Shown here: piece by piece, positions 49,889-57,173 of the stretch
Layout: every line of letters begins with the position of its first letter
Numbering within the stretch: position 1 is the stretch's first letter
NCBI GenBank assembly: GCA_046546095.1
Contig: JBKGYK010000005.1
Span: 1 to 57,173 of the forward strand
Direction: 5' to 3'
Source of the DNA: Bacteroidales bacterium
Lineage (GTDB): Bacteria > Bacteroidota > Bacteroidia > Bacteroidales > ML635J-15
DNA: 57,173 nucleotides
The notes under the pieces: generated by a model
What the model saw: the letters and a program-made list of their open reading frames with translations, nothing else
Databases searched by the model: none
What the model was told of the DNA's origin: nothing
Position numbers and translations under genes: made by a program

Positions 49889-51283
49889 TTATTTGTTTTT
49901 TACAATTTGAGCAGTCAGTTCAGCTTCACATACAAGTTTTTCTCCGACAAAAGCTTCTCCTTTCATATAAGCAATGCCGCGCCGGATCGGCTGAAGCAAT
50001 ACCATTTTCATAATCAGGGTGTCACCGGGAATGACTTGTTTTCTGAATTTTACCTTATCAATTTTCATGAAAAATGTAAGATAGTTCTCAGGATCGGGTA
50101 CTGTATTCAGAACAAGAATACCGCCTACCTGTGCCATGGCTTCTATTTGCAAAACCCCTGGCATTACCGGTTCGGCAGGAAAATGACCAACAAAAAACGG
50201 TTCGTCAAGTGTAACATTTTTGATGCCGACGACTTCTTTTTCGGTTAAACTCAGAACCTTGTCAACAAACAAAAACGGAGAGCGATGCGGCAATATATTT
50301 TTTATATCATTGCTGTCGTACAGAGGCTTTTCTTCCGGATTGTATGCCGGAATGTTGGGCTTGCGTAATTCTTTGATGATATGCTTACGCAGGGTTTTGG
50401 CCATTTCTGTATTGGCATGATGCCCCGGCCGCTTGGCAATAACATTGCCTTTGATGCGATAGCCTACAAGTGCCAGATCTCCGACTATGTCAAGCATTTT
50501 ATGACGTGCAGGTTCATTGATAAAATGCAAATCCAGATTATTCAGTACACCATGGGTTTTTACCTGAATGTCGGGCTTGTTAAATAAATTGGCCAGACGC
50601 TGGAATTCTTCCTCTGAATACACTTTGTCAACAAGTACAATGGCATTGTCAAGATCGCCTCCTTTAATCAGGCCGGCGTTAAACAAGGGTTCCAGCTCAC
50701 TCAAAAAAGCAAAGGTGCGGCTGGGTGCAACTTCTTTTGAAAAATCTTCCAGATCATCCATGCTGGCAAACTGGTTGACCAGCTCGGTTGATTCATAATC
50801 AACCAGAACATTCAGACGGAATTTGTTGTCCGGATATAAAGTAATTTCAATGTTTTTTTCCTCAAGTTTGAATTCCTGTTTTTCCCTGAATTCAAATACA
50901 AATCTGTCTTCCTCAAGATATTCAGTACCGGCTTCCTGTAAAGCTTCTACCCAATACCTGGAACTGCCGTCAAGTATGGGTACCTCAGGGCCGTTAAGCT
51001 CAAAGAGAACATTGTCTATGCCCAGACCATAGGCTGCAGCCAGTAAATGTTCTATTGTGCTGATACGTATGTCGTTTATGGTAATGGTTGTGCCCCTTGA
51101 AGTATCTGTAACATTATCCGCGATTGCGTCAATAACAGGCCCTCCTTCAATGTCGATGCGCTTGAATTTATACCAGTGATCTGCCGGAGCAGGTTTCATG
51201 GTGAGTTCAACTGCAGCCCCGGTGTGAAGGCCAATTCCCTGCATTGTTACAGATTTTTTTATTGTTGTTTGCTTTGATCTCAT
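49889..51283 (-). CDS. lpxC: Bifunctional LpxC deacetylase / FabZ dehydratase
   Basis: GIGLHTG, TIEHLLAA, HKMLDIVGD (LpxC); LPHRSPFL, GHFPAEPVMPGVL (FabZ); own TATTTTTG box at 51320-51327. Confidence 0.96.
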   Translation of the reverse strand: MRSKQTTIKKSVTMQGIGLHTGAAVELTMKPAPADHWYKFKRIDIEGGPVIDAIADNVTDTSRGTTITINDIRISTIEHLLAAAYGLGIDNVLFELNGPEVPILDGSSRYWVEALQEAGTEYLEEDRFVFEFREKQEFKLEEKNIEITLYPDNKFRLNVLVDYESTELVNQFASMDDLEDFSKEVAPSRTFAFLSELEPLFNAGLIKGGDLDNAIVLVDKVYSEEEFQRLANLFNKPDIQVKTHGVLNNLDLHFINEPARHKMLDIVGDLALVGYRIKGNVIAKRPGHHANTEMAKTLRKHIIKELRKPNIPAYNPEEKPLYDSNDIKNILPHRSPFLFVDKVLSLTEKEVVGIKNVTLDEPFFVGHFPAEPVMPGVLQIEAMAQVGGILVLNTVPDPENYLTFFMKIDKVKFRKQVIPGDTLIMKMVLLQPIRRGIAYMKGEAFVGEKLVCEAELTAQIVKNK

Positions 51284-51393
51284 GTCCAGTAAATGCAAAA
51301 CGTATTATTGATTTGTTGGCAAAAATAACATTATGAATCAATTAAAAAAAACCGAATAATTAAGCAGCAGATAATCAGGAGATTAAATTTGAT

Positions 51394-51500
51394 GGGAAAA
51401 CACAGCCTCCCGAAGCGTTGACCGCAGTGCGCTGGTAAAGCTAATCAGCCCGTGCGTCTCTGCAATATACCGCATCTGTGCTTCGGCACATCGCCTAACG
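51394..51500. other. GC-rich structured intergenic element (candidate ncRNA or repeat)
   Basis: TGTGC-TTCG-GCACA hairpin, GCTGGT/ATCAGC stem and GCAG/CTGC stem, set within AT-rich flanks. Confidence 0.35.
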
Positions 51501-51537
51501 GAATATAATAATTTGCTATAACTAAGCTAAACCTTCG

Positions 51538-51580
51538 AATCATGTTAACCTGCCAGGTTGTGGACTGGCACAGAATGATT
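51538..51580 (-). other. Hairpin just downstream of lpxD
   Basis: TGCCAG/CTGGCA stem extended by AATCAT/ATGATT; no clear U tract. Confidence 0.4.
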
Positions 51581-51587
51581 TTCCTGA

Positions 51588-52628
51588 TTAATCTCTGGCG
51601 TTTTTCAATTCAGCAATTTCCCGTTTTAACTTCCTGATGTCTTCGCGCATGTCGGGAAGGTGTTTTTGCATGATAAAGCTGCGTTTGAATTCTCTGGCGG
51701 GGATTGCCGGGCTTCCCATAATGGTTTCTCCGGATTTTACATTGCCCGGAACACCGGCTTTGGCAGCGATATTAACTCTGTCGCCAATGGTAAGGTGACC
51801 GGCGATGCCAACCTGACCGCCAAACATACAGCCGGCTCCTACTTTGGTAGAACCGCTGATACCAACCTGTGCAGCTGATACGGTTTTTTCGCCTATGCTG
51901 ACATTGTGAGCAACCTGAATCAGGTTGTCCAGTTTGGCGCCTTTTTTAATCAGGGTTTCGCCCATGGTGGCACGATCAATTGTGGTGTTGGCGCCAATTT
52001 CCACATCATCTTCAATGCGCACGATGCCAACCTGTTCAATTTTATGGAAATTGCCCTTGTCATCCGGGGCAAAGCCAAAACCATCCGAACCGATAACCGC
52101 GCCGGCATGAATGATGCAGTTGTTTCCAATGAAGCAGGCGTGATATATTTTCACACCGGCATATATGGTTACGTTGTCACCGATTTGTACATTATCACCA
52201 ATGTAACTGTTGGGATAGATTTTGCAGTTTTTGCCGATTTTTACATTGTGGCCGATGTAAGCAAAAGCTCCCAGATAAATTCCTTTTCCGATTTTACTGT
52301 CTTTGCCAATGAAATGCGGTTCTTCTTTGCCTTTTTTGTTGTGTACGCTTTCGTTTACCATCTTCAGTATGCCTGCAAATGCCTGATAGGGATCATCTAC
52401 GCGGATAAGTGTGGCCTTAACAGCCTTTTCAGGCTCAAAATCTTTCCTCACAAGCACAACGGAGGCATCGGTTTCGTATATGTATGGTGTGTATTTCGGA
52501 TTGGCCAGGAAGCTCAGGCTCCCCGGTTTGCCCTCTTCAATTTTGCTGATATCGTTGACTTTTACTTTGGGATCTCCGTCCACTTCGCCTTTCAGGTACT
52601 GAGCAATTTGTTTGGCTGTATATTTCAT
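51588..52628 (-). CDS. lpxD: UDP-3-O-(3-hydroxyacyl)glucosamine N-acyltransferase
   Basis: Start MKYTAKQ; [39 protein letters not shown]. Confidence 0.97.
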   Translation of the reverse strand: MKYTAKQIAQYLKGEVDGDPKVKVNDISKIEEGKPGSLSFLANPKYTPYIYETDASVVLVRKDFEPEKAVKATLIRVDDPYQAFAGILKMVNESVHNKKGKEEPHFIGKDSKIGKGIYLGAFAYIGHNVKIGKNCKIYPNSYIGDNVQIGDNVTIYAGVKIYHACFIGNNCIIHAGAVIGSDGFGFAPDDKGNFHKIEQVGIVRIEDDVEIGANTTIDRATMGETLIKKGAKLDNLIQVAHNVSIGEKTVSAAQVGISGSTKVGAGCMFGGQVGIAGHLTIGDRVNIAAKAGVPGNVKSGETIMGSPAIPAREFKRSFIMQKHLPDMREDIRKLKREIAELKNARD

Positions 52629-52642
52629 TGTTTTTAGTATGT

Positions 52643-53866
52643 TTACATTACTTCTTTCGGGTAGCAAAGATAATATTTTATCACATTGTGACTGAGGGTA
52701 GACTGATCAAACATGTCTGAAGCTTCTGTAAGGTCGTACAATTTGCCGTGTTTCAATATGTTGATTTTTTCGTCCATGCTGCTGTATGCTGCGTTGGATG
52801 TTTCGCCTGTATACAGGTAATAAGCTGCTTCGGTGGGAGAAAGGTCGAAGCGTTTTTCAATCCGTTTTCTGATATCTTCAATATAAGCCGGGTCAATGGG
52901 ATTTTTCTGTAGTTCAATGCGGAACAGCCGCCGGTTCATCAAGCGATCCGATAAATCCGATAAAACACGATCATCATGTTTAACCCAGGCTTTCACCGAT
53001 GACATAATGTCGCTGTCATCCAGTTTGTTGAACCGTTCAAGCACTTCGTCTTCGGGTGTTTTGTCGTGTGTAAGGAACCACAGCAAGGCATCACTGGCAT
53101 TCAGTTCTTTTCCGGATTTTATCAGGTCTTTGGCCCGCTGCAGGGTGATTTCCAAAAGCTTTTCTGCGCTGAGGACTGTCTTGTGCAAATACACCTGCCA
53201 GTACATCAGGCGGCGGGCAATCAGAAACTTTTCAATGCTGTAAATTCCTTTGGCATCCACCACCAGTTGATCATCCACCACATTCAGCATTTTAATGATG
53301 CGCTCGGATCCGATCACACCTTCGGAAACGCCGGTAAAAAAGCTGTCGCGGCGCAGGTAATCCAGACGGTCCATATCAAGCTGACTGGAAACAAGCTGAT
53401 GCAAAAATCCTTTGTGGTATTTACCTCTGAAAATGTCTATAGCCAGATCAAGCCTGCCGTCAAATTCCCGGTTAAGTGCCTGCATGTACATCAGCGAAAG
53501 GGTTTCGTGATCGTAGGCACTAACGATATCATGCTCCAGGGTATGAGAATACGGCCCGTGACCGATGTCGTGAAGCAATATGGCAATGATCACCGCTTCG
53601 GCTTCTTCATCGGTAATGCTGTGGCCTTTGCTGCGGATCACATCAATGGCCATGCTCATCAGATGCATAGCACCAATGGCATGATGAAATCTGGTATGAA
53701 CGGCTCCGGGATACACCAGATAGGTGAGCCCCAACTGACAAATGCGGCGCAACCTCTGGAAATACGAGTGTTCCATGAGGTCAAATACCAGCTCATGCTT
53801 AATGGTGATAAACCCGTGTACCGGGTCGTTGATGATTTTTCGTTTGTTGATGTTGATGCTTCTCAT
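52643..53866 (-). CDS. HD domain phosphohydrolase (dNTPase/SAMHD1-like)
   Basis: [51 protein letters not shown]; TAGCTTTG box at 53885-53892. Confidence 0.92.
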   Translation of the reverse strand: MRSININKRKIINDPVHGFITIKHELVFDLMEHSYFQRLRRICQLGLTYLVYPGAVHTRFHHAIGAMHLMSMAIDVIRSKGHSITDEEAEAVIIAILLHDIGHGPYSHTLEHDIVSAYDHETLSLMYMQALNREFDGRLDLAIDIFRGKYHKGFLHQLVSSQLDMDRLDYLRRDSFFTGVSEGVIGSERIIKMLNVVDDQLVVDAKGIYSIEKFLIARRLMYWQVYLHKTVLSAEKLLEITLQRAKDLIKSGKELNASDALLWFLTHDKTPEDEVLERFNKLDDSDIMSSVKAWVKHDDRVLSDLSDRLMNRRLFRIELQKNPIDPAYIEDIRKRIEKRFDLSPTEAAYYLYTGETSNAAYSSMDEKINILKHGKLYDLTEASDMFDQSTLSHNVIKYYLCYPKEVM

Positions 53867-54000
53867 GTACAAAAACTTAGTAAACAAAGCTAAAAAATAT
53901 TCTCATTTGACGCAAATAGCAGGTAGTGGCGTAGTGGAGAGGTGATAATTCACATTTCCACTGTTTGACAAGCGGAAAAAATAGATAAATGTCAAAAAAG

Positions 54001-54034
54001 TTTTAATTATAATTAAAATAAAGTGCTATATTTG
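54001..54034 (+). promoter_or_regulatory. Promoter of the AAA ATPase gene with a perfect 18-bp palindromic operator candidate
   Basis: TTTTAATTATAATTAAAA (54001-54018) lies 8 nt before TATATTTG (54027-54034). Confidence 0.6.
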
Positions 54035-54058
54035 TAAAAGATTAAAATGTGATTAAAG

Positions 54059-55264
54059 ATGCATGAGGGTAAAAACATCATACAGAGGCCTCTTTATCTT
54101 GATCGGGTAATTCCCTTCATTGGGAAAAACCTGATTAAAGTATTTACGGGTCAGCGTCGTGTTGGGAAGAGTTATTTTTTGTATCAGTTAATGGAATATA
54201 TCACTACAGAGGATAAAGATGCACATATCATTAGTATAAATAAAGAAGATCTAAGCTTTTCACACATCAAAAACGCTGATGATTTGCATGGCTATGTAGT
54301 ATCCAACATGCGGAGCAGTGCCAATAATTATGTTTTCATTGATGAGATTCAGGATATAGAAAATTTTCCATTGGCACTTCGATCACTGATGTTAATTGAT
54401 AATGTTGAACTATTTTGTACCGGAAGCAATGCAAATTTGTTATCAACTGACGTGGCTGGTAACCTTAGCGGCAGATATATTGAAATTCAAATTTACAGTT
54501 TGACTTATACAGAGTTTTTAATGTTTCATAGGCTAAAGGATTCGGATGATGCATTGGATAAATATTTGAAATATGGTGGATTGCCATACCTGAAACACCT
54601 CCCCCTTAATGATGAGATTATTTTTGAATACCTGAAAAATATTTATTCAAGCGTGATATACAGAGATGTAATAAACCGTTATTCCATTAGAAATTCTGGT
54701 TTTCTTGAGCAACTTGTTCTTTTTCTGGCCCAGCATACGGGCAGTTTGTTTTCTGCAAAAAAGATCAGTGATTACTTAAAATCCCAGGGCATAAAAGTCT
54801 CATCATTGCAGGTTCAGCGATATCTGGAATATCTCAAAAATGCTTTCCTGGTGCACAAAGTACCTCGCTATGATATCAAAGGCAAGCGGATGTTTGAATT
54901 TGGTGAAAAAATCTATTTTGAAAACATTGGCATTCGCAATGGCATTTGGGGATATCGCCTTGAGGATAAGGGTAAAATTCTTGAAAATGCAGTATATAAC
55001 CACCTGTTGACAAAGAATTTTAAGCTAAGTGTTGGAAAAATCGACCACAATGAAATTGATTTTGTCGCGGAAAAGCAGGGGGAAACGAATTATTATCAGG
55101 TTTCCCTTAGGCTAACGGAAACCAAAACCATCAATCGTGAGCTGGGAAATCTAGAGAAAATTGACAACAACTATCCAAAAACCCTGATCACCTTTGATAA
55201 ATATACCGGAGCCTCTCATGGAGGCATTCAGGTAATTCACATACGAGATTTCCTCAGTGAATGA
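54059..55264 (+). CDS. AAA_14 ATPase with DUF4143 (HTH plus nuclease-like) C-terminus
   Basis: Walker A GQRRVGKS, Walker B FIDEIQ, TGSN, YGGLP, ENAVY, EIDFVAEK..YYQV. Confidence 0.9.
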   Translation: MHEGKNIIQRPLYLDRVIPFIGKNLIKVFTGQRRVGKSYFLYQLMEYITTEDKDAHIISINKEDLSFSHIKNADDLHGYVVSNMRSSANNYVFIDEIQDIENFPLALRSLMLIDNVELFCTGSNANLLSTDVAGNLSGRYIEIQIYSLTYTEFLMFHRLKDSDDALDKYLKYGGLPYLKHLPLNDEIIFEYLKNIYSSVIYRDVINRYSIRNSGFLEQLVLFLAQHTGSLFSAKKISDYLKSQGIKVSSLQVQRYLEYLKNAFLVHKVPRYDIKGKRMFEFGEKIYFENIGIRNGIWGYRLEDKGKILENAVYNHLLTKNFKLSVGKIDHNEIDFVAEKQGETNYYQVSLRLTETKTINRELGNLEKIDNNYPKTLITFDKYTGASHGGIQVIHIRDFLSE

Positions 55265-55413
55265 TGGTTTCGTCAACAAATAAATTGTTTGTTTTACCAT
55301 TAGTTGTTGTATGAAATACTTGCTGCTTTACTGTTTGAAAATTCTCCTTTTTTTTGATGCTGTGCTTTAGAATCTGTATTTTTACATCCTAACAAACATT
55401 AAAAACAAATATT

Positions 55414-56031
55414 ATGTTTTCAGGAATTGTTGAAGAAACCTCAAAGGTTGTAAAACTCGAAAGAGACAAAGGAAATCTGCATATTACCATGACATGCTCA
55501 TTTGCCGATGAACTCAAAGTAGATCAGTCGGTGTCCCATAACGGGGTTTGCCTTACCGTGGTGGATGTGAATAAACCCAAAAAGGAATACACCATCACCG
55601 CCGTGGATGAAACCCTGCAGAAATCCAACCTCGGACTGCTGGAAGTGGGCTCTGAAGTGAATCTCGAGCGCAGCATGACCATGGATAAACTGCTTGACGG
55701 ACACCTCGTGCAGGGCCATGTCGATCAGACCGCTGAATGTGTGGAGGTAAAAGAAGCCGACGGAAGCTGGTACTTTACGTTTAAATACGACCGCAGCAAA
55801 GGAAACATTACCGTGGAAAAAGGGTCCGTTTCTGTCAATGGTGTGTCACTAACAGTGGTGAATTCGCAGGACGATCAGTTTCAGGTGGCCATCATTCCGT
55901 TTACCTACGATGTTACCAATTTCCATACCTTCAAACCCGGTACCATTGTCAATCTGGAGTTTGATGTAATTGGCAAATACATCCAGAAAATTGTAAACCA
56001 GTATCTGGAAAACATGGACATCAAAAAATAA
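55414..56031 (+). CDS. ribE: Riboflavin synthase (alpha chain)
   Basis: MFSGIVEE, SHNGVCLTV, VNLERS, GHLVQGHVD, NGVSLTV, VNLEFD. Confidence 0.96.
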   Translation: MFSGIVEETSKVVKLERDKGNLHITMTCSFADELKVDQSVSHNGVCLTVVDVNKPKKEYTITAVDETLQKSNLGLLEVGSEVNLERSMTMDKLLDGHLVQGHVDQTAECVEVKEADGSWYFTFKYDRSKGNITVEKGSVSVNGVSLTVVNSQDDQFQVAIIPFTYDVTNFHTFKPGTIVNLEFDVIGKYIQKIVNQYLENMDIKK

Positions 56032-56034
56032 ACT

Positions 56035-57060
56035 ATGTCAAAACAGAAAATACTGGTTACCGGTGGCCTGGGCTACATCGGGTCTCACACTGTTGTGGAA
56101 TTAATCAATGCCGGTTTTGAAGTTGTCGTGATGGACAATTTGTACAACGCCGGCATTGAGGTATTGGATGGCATCGAGTCCATTACCGGCGTGCGTCCGG
56201 ATTTTCTGAAAGAGGATTTGCGCAACAAAGCAGCCATAGAAGCCTGTTTTGATGCCCATCCGGACATACAGGCCGCCATACATTTTGCTGCCTACAAGGC
56301 GGTGGGCGAATCGCATGAAAAGCCGCTGGATTATTACGAAAACAACCTCACCTCCCTGACTAACCTCATGCAGGTGATGAGCGAAAAAGACAGAAAATCG
56401 CTGGTGTTCAGCTCTTCCTGTACGGTGTACGGCGATCCCGACGAGCTTCCTGTTACCGAAAAAGCCCCGTTTAAACCGGCCATGTCGCCATATGGCAACA
56501 CCAAGCGCATCGCTGAAGAAATCATGCAGGATGTGTGCCGTGCCGATGAAGCCTTTAATGCCATTAGCTTACGGTATTTTAACCCGATCGGGGCACATCC
56601 GTCAGGGAAAATCGGGGAAATGCCACAGGGAATTCCCAACAACCTTATGCCCTTCATTACCCAGACAGCCTTTGGCATTCGCGACGAACTGAAAATTTTT
56701 GGCGACGATTACGACACGCCCGATGGCACCTGCATTCGCGATTACATTCATGTTGTGGATCTGGCAAGAGCCCATGTGATTGCCGTGCAGCGTATGGTAA
56801 AAGGCGAACAGGATAAAAATTACGAGTATTTCAATCTCGGTACAGGAAAAGGTGTATCTGTGCTTGACATGGTAAATAGTTTTGAGCGTGTATCCGGTAA
56901 AAAACTGAATTACAGCATTGCCGACCGCCGTGCCGGTGATGTGCCGGTGGTGTATGCCGATACGACAAAAGCCAATAAGGTGCTTGGCTGGACAGCCAAA
57001 AGTAGCCTGGATGACACCATCCGCTCTGCCTGGGAATGGGAAAAAAAGGTGCGGGACTAA
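56035..57060 (+). CDS. galE: UDP-glucose 4-epimerase
   Basis: VTGGLGYIGSH, HFAAYKAVGES, YGNTK, LRYFNPIGAH, DGTCIRDYIHV. Confidence 0.97.
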   Translation: MSKQKILVTGGLGYIGSHTVVELINAGFEVVVMDNLYNAGIEVLDGIESITGVRPDFLKEDLRNKAAIEACFDAHPDIQAAIHFAAYKAVGESHEKPLDYYENNLTSLTNLMQVMSEKDRKSLVFSSSCTVYGDPDELPVTEKAPFKPAMSPYGNTKRIAEEIMQDVCRADEAFNAISLRYFNPIGAHPSGKIGEMPQGIPNNLMPFITQTAFGIRDELKIFGDDYDTPDGTCIRDYIHVVDLARAHVIAVQRMVKGEQDKNYEYFNLGTGKGVSVLDMVNSFERVSGKKLNYSIADRRAGDVPVVYADTTKANKVLGWTAKSSLDDTIRSAWEWEKKVRD

Positions 57061-57173
57061 AGCGATGTTAACCACAAAGAGCAAAACGCTGCAGGCCGAT
57101 TTTAAGCATGTCTTACATTGATGCGTTGATGGTTTTAATTCACAATGATCTGATTGGTTACAACATCATTTGT

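Noticed and set aside
51394-51540. Self-cleaving ribozyme (twister GCCTAAC, HDV-like GCCTCCCG, hammerhead CTGA) or SRP RNA
   Set aside because: The required partner strands and conserved cores could not be built by eye; kept only as an unassigned structured element
51906-53893. Long antisense ORFs over lpxD (243 aa) and the HD gene (275 aa)
   Set aside because: Antisense shadows of well-supported genes with no recognisable motifs
55265-55413. FMN riboswitch upstream of riboflavin synthase
   Set aside because: The region is AT-rich and lacks the AGGGC/GAAATTCCCGACCG-type FMN core

Overview
Mostly core-genome DNA from a Bacteroidota bacterium, probably Bacteroidales/Marinilabiliales-like. This is inferred from TAnnTTTG -7 promoter boxes, A-rich start regions without Shine-Dalgarno motifs, fused lpxC-fabZ, a long-tailed S16 and the DUF4271-hemD-rnpA order. 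It holds an initiator tRNA-Met and about 52 CDSs: translation genes (rplM-rpsI-rpsB-tsf-pyrH-frr, rimP-nusA-infB, rpsP-rimM, trpS), lipid A genes (lpxD, lpxC/fabZ, lpxA), and cofactor and tRNA-modification genes (queD, queG, tsaC, thiL, ribE). I saw no CRISPR array, transposase, integrase or prophage. The best candidate for an undescribed system is a four-gene envelope module at 24698-30448: a secreted protein with a Cys-His-Asp transglutaminase-like core, a TPR lipoprotein, an LPP20 lipoprotein and an MTH1187-family protein, preceded by a sigma54-like -24/-12 motif. Other points of interest are a GAF/REC/PPDK_N signalling-like protein, an ECF sigma with a dual-membrane anti-sigma, a structured GC-rich insert between lpxD and lpxC, an AAA_14/DUF4143 gene with a perfect 18-bp palindrome in its promoter, and a 10-repeat propeller-like protein coupled to queG. 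All calls are made by eye; no searches were run.
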